Positions 19,445-29,411 of a stretch of DNA of 64,000 nt are shown piece after piece. Origin of the DNA: Methanotrichaceae archaeon (GTDB lineage Archaea > Halobacteriota > Methanosarcinia > Methanotrichales > Methanotrichaceae); contig CAWEXU010000004.1 of the NCBI GenBank assembly GCA_963813075.1, forward strand, positions 192,001-256,000, given 5' to 3'. Every line of letters starts with the position of its first letter. Position 1 is the stretch's first letter. Position numbers and translations under genes: made by a program. Below the pieces are notes generated by a model, which had not been told where the DNA came from, searched no databases, and saw only the letters and a program-made list of their open reading frames with translations.

Positions 19445-22174
19445 TCAGGCCCCGGCCCGCATCGCCTCCTTTCCCGCCGCCAGGGCCTCCTCCAGCCTCT
19501 CTGTATCCGGCCCGCCGCCCTGAGCAAGCTCCGGCCTGCCGCCTCCGCCTCCGCCCAAGGCTTTGGCTGCCGCTTTGATTATGCTCCCCGCTTTGATGCC
19601 CTTTGAGAGGCCCGACTGGCCCACCGCCGCCACCAGCTTTCCGGTCTTTGAGCCCAGCAGGGCCACGCAGTCCTCCTCTGCCAGCAAGGCCGCGGCCTTG
19701 AGCAGCTCATCGATATCCGCATTGCCCATCTCCTGCACAACCACCCGCAGGCCGTCTACGGTCTCCGCCTCGGAGACCAGCGTCTTCAGCCTGGCAGAAG
19801 CCAGGTCCTCTTTCAGCCGCTCGATCTCCTTTTGCTGGCCCTTCCACTCCTCAAAGAACCTCTCCGCGGTTCGGGGGAGCTGCTCGTTTGGCACCCGCAG
19901 GACGCCCGAGGCCTCAGCCAGGAGGTCGTCTCTGGCCTGGCTGGCCCTGACCGCCGCCTCCCCGGCAGCAAACTCAATCCTCTCCACCCCGTCCTGAATC
20001 CTCTCCGCCCGCAGGATCTTGATCATCCCGATCATGCCGGTATTGGTGACATGAGTCCCGGCGCAGGCCTCAATGTCGCTTCCCACCCGCACCACCCGGA
20101 TGAGCTTGCCCGGAGGGACCCCTCCCTGGTAGAGCTCGAAGCCGAAGAGCTTCTCCGCCTCGGTGCGGGGGAGGAACTGGGTATCCACCGGGGTCAGCTC
20201 CATCACCCTGCGATTGGCCTCCAGCTCTATCGCCTTCAGCTCTGCATCGGTGATCCGCTTGAAGTGAGAGATGTCCAGCCGGGCCCGCTCCTCGCTCTTC
20301 TGCGCCCCCGCCTGCCAGATGTGCTTGCCCAACACCCTTTTGGCCGAGTCGTGGACGAGATGCGTTGCCGTATGATGGCGGGCATGGGCAAGCCTGCGGA
20401 GCATGTCCACCTTTCCGGTAACCCGATCTCCCTTTGCCAGTCCGCCCGGCTCGGCCAGCTTATGTAGCACCACTTCTCCCGACTTCTGAACGTCTATAAC
20501 CTGGAACGTCTGCCCATCCTTCTCCAGGGTGCCGTGATCGGCAGGCTGGCCGCCTCCCTCCGGGTACAGGAGCGTCCGGTCCAGGATGACCGCCCCCTCC
20601 ACTACATCCAAAACCCGAGCCTCGAACTGCTGCTGGAAGGGATTCTCATAGAAGAGCAGCTCCGTCTTGCCCGGAATGGGGGGCTTTTTCTCCTCCTCCG
20701 GCTCTGCCCGAATGTGTTTTTTCGCGACCAAAGAGTAGAAGTTGTCCGGCAGGTCAACCTGAGCCCCCATCTGTACTGCTGCCTCGCGAGCGATCTCCGG
20801 AGGGATGCCGTGCGTATCATAGAGATTGATCATCTCCGTGAGGGGCACAGGCTCATTTTTATTCCGGTAGCTTTCCGCCGTCTTCCGAACCAGCCTCATC
20901 CCCTTCTCCAGGGTCTCGGCATACTTCTGCTCCTCCTGGTCCAGGATCTCCCTGATGGTGGGGAAAGACTCCTCCCAATCAGGATAATCCAGCCGGGATA
21001 TCTGCAGACCGACCAGATCGGCAATGGGCATATTCAATCCCAGTTCCTTCATCAGCCGGAGAGTGCGGCGAATGACCAGTCGGGTGAGGTAGCCGCCCTT
21101 GACATTGGAGGGTATGATCCCGTCTCCCAGCATAAAGGCCAGGCAGCGGGTGTGGTCGACCACCGCATAGACCCGCTCCATGGGAAGAATGGCCTTCTCC
21201 AGACGCTCGGGATCAATGCCGATGCTGGCGGCGATCCGCGCCCGCAGGTCCTTCATCGAATACTCGTCCAGGTCCACCATTCCCGCCAGGCGAGCGTTCT
21301 GGGCGAAGATCTCCGCATACTCCGGGTCAGCGAGGTCGTGCTCCACTCCGGCCAGGTCTGCCACCTTTCTCACCAGCTCCGGGAATATGGCATCGTAGAT
21401 GGTGGGCGCGCCATTGGAGGCCCAGACGAACCTCTCCAGGCCGTAGCCGGTGTCTACGATGTAGTTTTTCATCTTCTCATAGCGCTCGCCCTTGATCTCG
21501 ACAGCGCCCGCAGGCGAGGCCACCAGATCCATGAACACCAGGGTGGCCAGCTCCAGGCCGCCCACCATCACCTCCACGCTGGGCCCGGCATTGCCCCCAC
21601 CGGCCCAGGGGTTCTCCTTGTAGGTGACCGCCAGAGGGTCCATCCCCAGGCCGACGAGCAGTTCGTCGCACAGCCGCACCGTCCGGTCCTTCCAGTAGTA
21701 CTCCTTCTCAGGGGTATTGAATACGTGGTGGGCCATCATCTCAAAGGTGGTCAGATGCCTCCCGCTCCGCCCCACAGAGTCCAGGTCATCCAGCCGGATG
21801 CAGGGCTGGCTGATGGTCAGGGGGTTGGCCGGCGGCGGCACCTGCCCGGAGGTCACAAAAGGCTGGAAATCAGCGATGGAGGCGATGGTCAGATAGATGT
21901 CATCGCGCCACCGGGCCGCCACCGGATACCTCTTGATCCGGGTATGGCCCCGGGCCTCGAAAAAGCCCAGGTAGTGCTCGCGCATTTCGTCCAGGCTAAG
22001 CTGGCGCTTGAATATGGGAGAGCCAATAAAGGTATAAGGATCGCAGGGCGGATCGCCGCAGGTATTCCTGCTCCCGTCCCTGGTCCAGAAGAATTTGCCG
22101 CATTTCTCGCACTTCTTATGATGGAATCCTTCTTCGATGAAGAAGTCCAATCGATATTCGTCCTCGGTGAACAT
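19445..22174 (-). CDS. alaS: Alanine--tRNA ligase (archaeal type)
   Basis: RWRDDIYLTIASIADFQP, DTGYGLER, editing motifs HTATH and ACAGTH, C-Ala GGGGGRPELAQGGG. Confidence 0.97.
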   Translation of the reverse strand: MFTEDEYRLDFFIEEGFHHKKCEKCGKFFWTRDGSRNTCGDPPCDPYTFIGSPIFKRQLSLDEMREHYLGFFEARGHTRIKRYPVAARWRDDIYLTIASIADFQPFVTSGQVPPPANPLTISQPCIRLDDLDSVGRSGRHLTTFEMMAHHVFNTPEKEYYWKDRTVRLCDELLVGLGMDPLAVTYKENPWAGGGNAGPSVEVMVGGLELATLVFMDLVASPAGAVEIKGERYEKMKNYIVDTGYGLERFVWASNGAPTIYDAIFPELVRKVADLAGVEHDLADPEYAEIFAQNARLAGMVDLDEYSMKDLRARIAASIGIDPERLEKAILPMERVYAVVDHTRCLAFMLGDGIIPSNVKGGYLTRLVIRRTLRLMKELGLNMPIADLVGLQISRLDYPDWEESFPTIREILDQEEQKYAETLEKGMRLVRKTAESYRNKNEPVPLTEMINLYDTHGIPPEIAREAAVQMGAQVDLPDNFYSLVAKKHIRAEPEEEKKPPIPGKTELLFYENPFQQQFEARVLDVVEGAVILDRTLLYPEGGGQPADHGTLEKDGQTFQVIDVQKSGEVVLHKLAEPGGLAKGDRVTGKVDMLRRLAHARHHTATHLVHDSAKRVLGKHIWQAGAQKSEERARLDISHFKRITDAELKAIELEANRRVMELTPVDTQFLPRTEAEKLFGFELYQGGVPPGKLIRVVRVGSDIEACAGTHVTNTGMIGMIKILRAERIQDGVERIEFAAGEAAVRASQARDDLLAEASGVLRVPNEQLPRTAERFFEEWKGQQKEIERLKEDLASARLKTLVSEAETVDGLRVVVQEMGNADIDELLKAAALLAEEDCVALLGSKTGKLVAAVGQSGLSKGIKAGSIIKAAAKALGGGGGGRPELAQGGGPDTERLEEALAAGKEAMRAGA

Positions 22175-22277
22175 GGCACATCAGCTTTTGCCGGGAGAAG
22201 GACGAGGAGTGCTAAAAGGTTTTCCAAATGGCCAGGAGTTCTGCCGGCCATTAGAATAAATCAATTTAATCTCGACT

Positions 22278-22895
22278 TTAGTTCACCCTTATGACCTTGA
22301 GCAGGGATACCACAGGCACTCCGGCAATCTCATCGGTGCCTTTCTTGTCGATCAGCACGGCTATGGCATTGATCTTCGCCCCGTGCTCATCCAGGTATTC
22401 AACTGCCTCCTCCAGAGTCTGGCCTGATGTCACCACATCATCGATGATAATGCAGTCCTTATCCCGGACATCTGAGAAGTTCGAGCTCAGGTTGCCCTTA
22501 GCTTTATTGCCTTCCGGAGAGATCATCTGCTTGCTGGGAGTGTAAACCGCCAGCTCCGCTGCCAGTCCGTTGGCCACCATGCTGGCCAGGGGCAGGCCGC
22601 TCAGGGCGATGCCCACCACCACATCCACGCTGCTCTCGTTGGCATCCAGGGTCTCATAAATGATGTCGGTGATGGCCTCAGATATGTGGTTGAGCCTGAA
22701 GGCGCTTCTGCCAATGGCCGACCAGTCCACGGATATATCCTTGGGGCCGGGGGTGGTGCTCGTCTTCTCGGCATGGGTTAAAAGCCAGGTCACCGTCTCT
22801 CCGGATACATTCAGCTCCTCTGAGATCTGACCCTCTACCAGCCCTTCTGCCTTCAGTTCCGCTGCTTTCTTCATCAAAACTTCAATATTTTTCAT
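22278..22895 (-). CDS. Orotate phosphoribosyltransferase-like protein (HTH plus PRTase, GfcR-type)
   Basis: N-terminal HTH ISEELNVS.ETVTWLL, PKDISVDWS, PRPP motif IIIDDVVTSG. Confidence 0.88.
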   Translation of the reverse strand: MKNIEVLMKKAAELKAEGLVEGQISEELNVSGETVTWLLTHAEKTSTTPGPKDISVDWSAIGRSAFRLNHISEAITDIIYETLDANESSVDVVVGIALSGLPLASMVANGLAAELAVYTPSKQMISPEGNKAKGNLSSNFSDVRDKDCIIIDDVVTSGQTLEEAVEYLDEHGAKINAIAVLIDKKGTDEIAGVPVVSLLKVIRVN

Positions 22896-23350
22896 CTTAT
22901 ACACCTTTTCTTCTTTCGGGCAGGAGTTCCGCAATCAGGACATGCTTCCCCCTCGAACCTTTTGCCGCAGCCCTGGCACCTCTGGACATATTTGCGCTTT
23001 TTCTTTATCCGGGGCTGGCCTATGGGCTCGATCCTCAGGCCGAGGTGAAGAGCTACGTTTTGCAGAGCATAGTCGTCGGTAGCGAGAGTAGCATTATACT
23101 CCAGTGCTTTGGCCAGGACATCCAGATCGGCAGCCGAGAGGGATCGAATGTCTCCCGTCTGTTCAGCCGCGTCTTTAGCTGCTTTCAAGGCCTGAGAGGT
23201 GGGGCTTTCCACTCGTGTCTCATATATGTGGAGCAGGGACTTCGTCCTTATATCCTTAAGCTCCGCCTCCACTGCCGGGACGGTGATCAGCTCCCCTTCT
23301 GGCCTCTTTCCCCAGATGAACACCGAAGCGTCCGCTACGGTCGTACACAT
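22892..23350 (-). CDS. nob1: Nob1 PIN-domain endonuclease with zinc ribbon
   Basis: VADAS, LSAADLDVLA, LATDDYALQNVA, CQGC..CPDCG. Confidence 0.9.
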   Translation of the reverse strand: MCTTVADASVFIWGKRPEGELITVPAVEAELKDIRTKSLLHIYETRVESPTSQALKAAKDAAEQTGDIRSLSAADLDVLAKALEYNATLATDDYALQNVALHLGLRIEPIGQPRIKKKRKYVQRCQGCGKRFEGEACPDCGTPARKKKRCIR

Positions 23351-23431
23351 GCAATTGCTCTTCTAAGTTATAGTACTTGGACTTTTCCCGGACCAAAACG
23401 CTATTATCATATAATGCGGTCTGGAAGTGCG

Positions 23432-23872
23432 ATGGCCAAGAAAGAGAAAAAGTCTGGCAGAAAGGATGAGCGGGCGCTGGCCGCGGATCAGGAAAGTAAG
23501 ACGGTGCAAAAAGAGGCAGAGCATAAAGCGACAAAAGAGCCGCCCAAGCCCAGGCCCAGGACCGCTGCCGACAGGAAGAAAGACCGCCGTGATGGGATAG
23601 TGAAGACCGTATTCGCCGCCGCTCTGGGGGTCCTGGCAGGCTTTGGCTGCTACTATATCGCCAGCACCACGGGCGAATATCCCTGGCAGATAGGCGAATA
23701 TCCCTGGCATTTCGTACTGCTGTCAGTGGTCCTGGTCACCTCTCTATTCCAGAGGGTCGCCTACCCCCTGCTGAAGATAGATGCCGCCAGCTTCAAGACC
23801 AAGGATTGGCTCTATGTGGAGTTCATCGTGGTCGACCTCTGGCTGGTCACCTGGACCATACTACTCAACTGA
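23432..23872 (+). CDS. Membrane protein, probably archaeal EMC6-like
   Basis: Charged N-terminus, three hydrophobic segments, C-terminal KDWLYVEFI..DLWLVTWTILLN, directly upstream of ABCE1. Confidence 0.65.
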   Translation: MAKKEKKSGRKDERALAADQESKTVQKEAEHKATKEPPKPRPRTAADRKKDRRDGIVKTVFAAALGVLAGFGCYYIASTTGEYPWQIGEYPWHFVLLSVVLVTSLFQRVAYPLLKIDAASFKTKDWLYVEFIVVDLWLVTWTILLN

Positions 23873-23880
23873 GGTAGAAC

Positions 23881-25641
23881 ATGAGGATAGCTATCATCAA
23901 TCGCGACCGATGCCAGCCAAGAAAGTGCTCTAAAGAATGCGAATACTTCTGCCCGCCCGTCCGCACGGGCGACGAGACCATCGTATTTGAGGACAGTAAG
24001 CCCCTAATCACCGAGAACCTCTGTGTGGGCTGCGGCATATGCGTGCGCAAATGCCCCTTTGGAGCCATCACCATCACCAACCTGCCGGAGGAGATGGAGG
24101 ACCCGGTTCATAGATACGGCCAGAACGGCTTTGCCCTTTATGGACTACCGGTGCCGATCGAGGGAAGGGTCACCGGTCTGTTGGGCCCCAACGGCATAGG
24201 AAAGAGCACGGCGATATCCATACTCTCCGGCATTCTCCGGCCGAACCTGGGAAGGGATGCCTCCTGGGAGGAGGTGCTTGTGCGCTTCTCCGGCTCCATC
24301 CTGGGAGATTATCTGAAGAAAGTGGTGGATAAGGGGATCAGGACCTCATATAAGCCCCAGTATGTGGACCGCATCCCGAAGAGCTATTCAGGTGAGGTCT
24401 CGGGCTTGCTGGAGAAGACGGATGAGAGAGGTGCCCTGGCTGAACTGACGAAGACTTTGGGCATCTCAAAGCTCATGGACAGGGACATAAGCGGCCTATC
24501 CGGCGGCGAGCTGCAGAGGGTGGCCATTGCTGCCGCGGCTGCAAAGGACGCGGATTTCTATTTCTTCGATGAGATCAGCCCGTATCTGGATATCTACCAG
24601 CGGATCAACTCCGCTCGCATACTGCAGAGCCTGGCCAAAGATAAGGCGGTGATGGTGGTAGAGCACGACCTGGCACTGCTCGACCTGCTGACGGACACCG
24701 TCCACCTCATCTACGGCGTTCCCGGTGCCTACGGCGTGATAACCAGGCCCAAAGGGGTGAGGGTGGGAATCAACCAGTACCTTCGCGGCAATCTGCCCGA
24801 GGAGAATGTTCGCTTTCGCGATACTGCCATCAGCTTCGAGGTGCATGCCCCCAGAATAGAGAAGGAGATACCAACCCTCATCACCTATGATGCATTTGCC
24901 ATGCAGTATTCGTCATTCCGGCTGGAGGCCGAGCCGGGAATCATCCGCCGGGGCGAGGTGGTGGGGATTTTGGGACCCAATGGGATCGGAAAGACAACTT
25001 ACATCAAGATCCTGGCAGGGGTGGAAAAACCAACTACTGGAAGCTTTGAGAGCCAGCTGAAGATATCCTACAAGCCCCAGTACCTCAAGGCAGATACCGA
25101 GGTGACTGTGGAGGGCATGCTGAGGGGAGTGACACAGGCATTTGATAGCAGCTACTATCAGGCAGAGATCCTCAAGCCCATGGGCATAGAGCCCTTCTTA
25201 GACAAAATCCTCACCGAATTGTCCGGGGGCGAGCTGCAGAGGGTGGCCATAACTGCCTGTCTCAGCCGGGAGGCAGACCTCTATCTCCTGGACGAGCCCT
25301 CCGCCCATCTGGATGTGGAGCAGAGGATGCTGGCCGCCAAGGTCATGAGGCGATTCGCCGAGTCCACTGAGAAGACCGTCCTGGTGGTGGACCACGACAT
25401 CTACCTCATCGACCTGCTCAGCGAACGGCTGATGGTCTTCGACGGCGTTCCGGGAAGTTTAGGCGTTGCCCATACCCCACTGGAGATGCGCGAGGGCATG
25501 AACTCCTTCCTCAAGGGGATCGGCATAACCTTCCGGCGGGACGAAGAGACCCGCAGGCCCAGAGTAAACAAACCGGAGTCAAGGCTCGACAGAATGCAAA
25601 AAGAGCAGGGAGAATACTATTATCAGATTGAAGAGGCCTGA
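23881..25641 (+). CDS. rli1: Ribosome recycling ATPase ABCE1/Rli1
   Basis: N-terminal Fe-S Cys motifs, two Walker A motifs GPNGIGKS/T, two LSGGELQRVAI motifs, TFRRD...RPRVNK. Confidence 0.97.
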   Translation: MRIAIINRDRCQPRKCSKECEYFCPPVRTGDETIVFEDSKPLITENLCVGCGICVRKCPFGAITITNLPEEMEDPVHRYGQNGFALYGLPVPIEGRVTGLLGPNGIGKSTAISILSGILRPNLGRDASWEEVLVRFSGSILGDYLKKVVDKGIRTSYKPQYVDRIPKSYSGEVSGLLEKTDERGALAELTKTLGISKLMDRDISGLSGGELQRVAIAAAAAKDADFYFFDEISPYLDIYQRINSARILQSLAKDKAVMVVEHDLALLDLLTDTVHLIYGVPGAYGVITRPKGVRVGINQYLRGNLPEENVRFRDTAISFEVHAPRIEKEIPTLITYDAFAMQYSSFRLEAEPGIIRRGEVVGILGPNGIGKTTYIKILAGVEKPTTGSFESQLKISYKPQYLKADTEVTVEGMLRGVTQAFDSSYYQAEILKPMGIEPFLDKILTELSGGELQRVAITACLSREADLYLLDEPSAHLDVEQRMLAAKVMRRFAESTEKTVLVVDHDIYLIDLLSERLMVFDGVPGSLGVAHTPLEMREGMNSFLKGIGITFRRDEETRRPRVNKPESRLDRMQKEQGEYYYQIEEA

Positions 25642-25653
25642 AGTGAATGGAGA

Positions 25654-26721
25654 ATGAAGGAATTCATCCGCAAGAATAATCCATTCAACCGTCATTTCGT
25701 GCGCAACCTGGAAGCGGGAACGCTGCTGGAGATATTCCTGGTCACGGCAGTATGCTCCGTCCTGGGAATACGCTTTTTTCTCGCCCTGACCGGATATCCC
25801 AGCCTCAGCCCGGGCAATCTGCATATCGCTCATGTCCTCTTGGGCGGGGTGCTGATGATGATCGCTCTGGTCATCAATCTGAGCTACATCAACAAATCGG
25901 CCAACTATCTGGTGGCGGTGATCGGAGGCCTGGGATTTGGCGCTTTCATCGATGAGCTGGGCAAGTTCGTTACCGGGGATAATGATTACTTCTATCAGCC
26001 CACCGTGGCCCTGATCTACATTGTATTCGCCCTGCTGTACCTGGCAATTCAAACCGTGATCCATAAGCCGAAGCTCACCGAGCAGGAGAGATTGATAAAT
26101 GTCCTGGAGCTGGCAAAAGAGGCGGTCTTGGAAGACCTGGATCACCTGGAGAGGAGAAAGGCGCTGGCTCTGCTAAGAGAGTGCTCCCAGGAAAATCCAA
26201 TGACCCGCGCCCTGCAGGATCTCCTCCACAGCACCGATAGCGTGCCCATGCCCAAGATCGACATTTACACCGCCACCAAGTATCGGCTGCGCAGGTATTA
26301 TCGCAGGCTCGTTAAAAAGAGTTGGTTTATCAAAGTGGTCATGGCCTTTTTCATCCTTCAGTCCCTGTTCACCCTGGGCCTTGACCTTTTGCTGATTTAT
26401 ATCAGGATGAACTCGGAAAGGGGTCTGGCGATCATATTTCCCAGCCTGTCGTTCTTCGATCTGGCCGGGCTGGCTGCAGCCACCCTATCCTCCGGCCTGG
26501 TCATCTATGCCATCATAAAGATGAAAAGCTCTCGCCTGGAAGCCTACCGGATATTCAAGAACGCCATCCTGGTGCAGATATTCATAGTGCAGGTAATCCT
26601 CTTCTATCTGACGGAATTTCTCGCCCTGCTGGGCCTGGCCGGAAATATCTGCGTGCTCCTTGTCCTCAACTACATGATACACCAGGAGACGAACGCCAGC
26701 AGAGGCCCGGAAGACTCCTGA
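25654..26721 (+). CDS. Hypothetical polytopic membrane protein
   Basis: Long ORF with many TM segments and motifs LHIAHVLLGG, GFGAFIDELGKF, DYFYQP. Confidence 0.75.
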   Translation: MKEFIRKNNPFNRHFVRNLEAGTLLEIFLVTAVCSVLGIRFFLALTGYPSLSPGNLHIAHVLLGGVLMMIALVINLSYINKSANYLVAVIGGLGFGAFIDELGKFVTGDNDYFYQPTVALIYIVFALLYLAIQTVIHKPKLTEQERLINVLELAKEAVLEDLDHLERRKALALLRECSQENPMTRALQDLLHSTDSVPMPKIDIYTATKYRLRRYYRRLVKKSWFIKVVMAFFILQSLFTLGLDLLLIYIRMNSERGLAIIFPSLSFFDLAGLAAATLSSGLVIYAIIKMKSSRLEAYRIFKNAILVQIFIVQVILFYLTEFLALLGLAGNICVLLVLNYMIHQETNASRGPEDS

Positions 26722-26763
26722 GATCGAGAGGAGAATTGGAGAATCCAAGAGTCCGAAAATCGG

Positions 26764-27381
26764 TCAGGGAGAGCGTCCAGAGATCAAAGAGAACTTGATA
26801 TAAGGAAGTATTTTCGAACTATGTTTTGATTTTATTGCTAAAGTCAGTCTCCTGGCTATTTCGTCCTCTGTGGAGAATAAATTCTGCTTCACATCGAATA
26901 TTCGGCTTGATGCCTCTGATATTCGCTGATACCACAGCCGTTGGGTCTGAATGTCAATCTGCTCGCCTGGTGAGACCCGCCTGCGGCAGATGGATGAATT
27001 GCAGCTGCATTCCATCCGGTAAGGGAATGAACTGAAAAAGAGGCCGTAATCGGCAGTGATTTCCTCTCCTTCCAGGATATCTCTGATTGCTATCTCGCAA
27101 TAGATATCATCCACAAACAGGGAGAGGACATTGGCATCACAGCTGTGGTTGAGCTTTTCTGCACCTTCTCCCAGCATCCAATTGCCTGCTTCATCCTGAA
27201 CCCCGTATTTGATAATTTTATTTTTCTCTTTCTCAGGCAAAAATGATAGTTCAGCGGATGAAACAGAAATATTCTTATCATCATAAAAATATACGATCGT
27301 CCCTTGAGGGATGAATTCCCCCGCAAAGACCCCATCACCCTCAATGCCGCTATGATGTATGCCGGTCTTAACCACGTACAT
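26764..27381 (-). CDS. SET-domain protein-lysine methyltransferase with post-SET Cys motif
   Basis: GDGVFA, LNHSCDAN, IRDILEGEEITADYG, CSCNSSICR. Confidence 0.9.
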   Translation of the reverse strand: MYVVKTGIHHSGIEGDGVFAGEFIPQGTIVYFYDDKNISVSSAELSFLPEKEKNKIIKYGVQDEAGNWMLGEGAEKLNHSCDANVLSLFVDDIYCEIAIRDILEGEEITADYGLFFSSFPYRMECSCNSSICRRRVSPGEQIDIQTQRLWYQRISEASSRIFDVKQNLFSTEDEIARRLTLAIKSKHSSKILPYIKFSLISGRSP

Positions 27382-27485
27382 AAATTACCATAGTTATTAA
27401 AAGTAATTATACTTTTTTATGAATTCGGAATGAACAGGAGGAGCAAGAAGAAAAAGAAGCCGGGGGAAGAGTTGATGATCACCCT

Positions 27486-29327
27486 TCAATTCGAGGTATA
27501 AGCGATGTTCTTTTCAGGAAAAAAGACTTTGAGCCAGGCTTCCAGGAATATCGCTTTCCATAAATTTCGAGCATGATTTTTATTCTTATATATGTGCTCA
27601 TTTATCTCGCGGCGCAGCTTTTTAATATCTACATACTCCCGGCAGAGGGGTTCATTCTGCACGAACCAATCTTCTAAAATCTTTTTGAAGTACGTCGTCT
27701 TCAGCCAATGCGCATCAGGAGTCTCATATCCTATCTTATCCCGTCTCTGGAGAATTTCCAGGGGCACAACATCGGTCATTGCATCCCTGAGCAATGCTTT
27801 GGTTCTACCTCCTCTTATTATAAAGTCATCCGGCAGTCCAGATACAAATTCAATTATTCTATAATCGAGGAATGGAACACGCGATTCGGTTTGATTTCCC
27901 ATTGAATTCCTGTCCTCCCATTTCAGTAGCTGCTCTAGCCTGTATTTCAGATGGAATTCCAGGGACTGGCTCAGGGATGTACAATTAGAAAAATTATTGA
28001 AGTATTCTGTCGTGGCATTGGTGTCATTCATCAAATCCCTGGATAGGAGTGATTCGCGCAAAAAGATCTCTTCTCTTATGAATATTGGCAGGAGAAGATA
28101 TAATGAAAATTGGATTGCAATTCTGTAGTTTCCCCCTTTAATTAAATTATACCATTCAGAGGCAAATCTTCTGAGCTTGAAGCCCTTTAATAAATCAACT
28201 AGATAAAAACCCAGGAAATAGTGATATCCTGCCAGAAGCTCGTCTGCGCCCTGACCGTCCAGCACCACGGTGACGCCATTCTTCTTGGCCAATTCCTGCA
28301 CACAGTTCTGGGCATAGATGGAGGCGGAGGGAAAAGGCTCTCCAACTAATTCAATAATTTTTAAAAGGTCTTTTTGCAGCTTTTCCGGAGTGGGTCGGAC
28401 CCTATAATTGGCCATTCCTGTTTTCTCGGATACAATCGATATGAATTTTGATTCGTCTCTCTCGAAGTCATCGTACACCGCTGAGAAGGTCTTTATCTTC
28501 ATGCTCCGGTTGATCAGGCATGCAATGGTGGATGAATCGATTCCCCCGCTAAGACATGTGCCTACGGGAACATCGCTGATCAATCTGATGTCCACGCTAT
28601 TTTCCATCAAATCCCTGAAAATGGATATTGCATCCTCATATTTGCCGGTGAACTTTTCTTCATATCTTATATCATACCACTCTTTTATCTCCAGTTCACT
28701 TCGCTTAAGATCGAAGGTGGCATAGCAGCCTCTGGGAATCTTTTTTATCCCCTCAAAGAAGGTCTCATCGCTGTGATCAGATATATTATATAACAAAAAA
28801 TCTTTTATTATTTTTTTATTAGGGGCGGTGTCGACCTCATGCTCCAACAGAGGTGGGATTTCAGAAGAAAATAGAAATTTTTTATTTTTAAAATAGTAAT
28901 ATAAAGGTTTAACTCCCATGCGGTCTCTGGCCAAAAAAACCTTTTTGCTTTCAGAATCGTATATCGCAAAGGCGAACATGCCATTGAACCTGTCCAGGCA
29001 CCTTTCTTGCCACTGGATGTAGGAATATAATATGACCTCGGTATCTGTATTCGATTTAAATGAATATCCAAGTGATTCAAGCTCTGCCCTTAGCTCCTTA
29101 AAATTATAAACTTCACCATTATATACTATGTAAAATCTTTCCCCGCAGTCGGACATCGGCTGATGGCCATTCTTTGATAGATCGATGATGGACAGGCGCA
29201 GGTGACCCAATGAGACCTCTTCATCGACATAGATCCCCTCATCGTCTGGACCCCGGTGCTTTAACCTGGAGTTCATTTTTTCAATTTTATATTCGTCCTT
29301 CCAGTTAAAACCATTGATCCCACACAT
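27486..29327 (-). CDS. asnB: Glutamine-hydrolysing asparagine synthase family amidotransferase (glycan-cluster type)
   Basis: MCGING, HRGPDD, YNGEVYN, LSGGIDSS, GQGADELLAGY, ESRVPFLD. Confidence 0.92.
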   Translation of the reverse strand: MCGINGFNWKDEYKIEKMNSRLKHRGPDDEGIYVDEEVSLGHLRLSIIDLSKNGHQPMSDCGERFYIVYNGEVYNFKELRAELESLGYSFKSNTDTEVILYSYIQWQERCLDRFNGMFAFAIYDSESKKVFLARDRMGVKPLYYYFKNKKFLFSSEIPPLLEHEVDTAPNKKIIKDFLLYNISDHSDETFFEGIKKIPRGCYATFDLKRSELEIKEWYDIRYEEKFTGKYEDAISIFRDLMENSVDIRLISDVPVGTCLSGGIDSSTIACLINRSMKIKTFSAVYDDFERDESKFISIVSEKTGMANYRVRPTPEKLQKDLLKIIELVGEPFPSASIYAQNCVQELAKKNGVTVVLDGQGADELLAGYHYFLGFYLVDLLKGFKLRRFASEWYNLIKGGNYRIAIQFSLYLLLPIFIREEIFLRESLLSRDLMNDTNATTEYFNNFSNCTSLSQSLEFHLKYRLEQLLKWEDRNSMGNQTESRVPFLDYRIIEFVSGLPDDFIIRGGRTKALLRDAMTDVVPLEILQRRDKIGYETPDAHWLKTTYFKKILEDWFVQNEPLCREYVDIKKLRREINEHIYKNKNHARNLWKAIFLEAWLKVFFPEKNIAYTSN

Positions 29328-29411
29328 GTTTGTCCTCAAAAACCTCTCAGAGCTTCCCCTGATGGACTCCAATCATCGCCAAGCAGAATGCATCTATACA
29401 TCGCGAATAAC

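Noticed and set aside
20534..22294. 586-aa plus-strand ORF and other long antisense ORFs
   Set aside because: Shadow frames of GC-rich genes such as alaS, pycB and aroK, with no recognisable motifs
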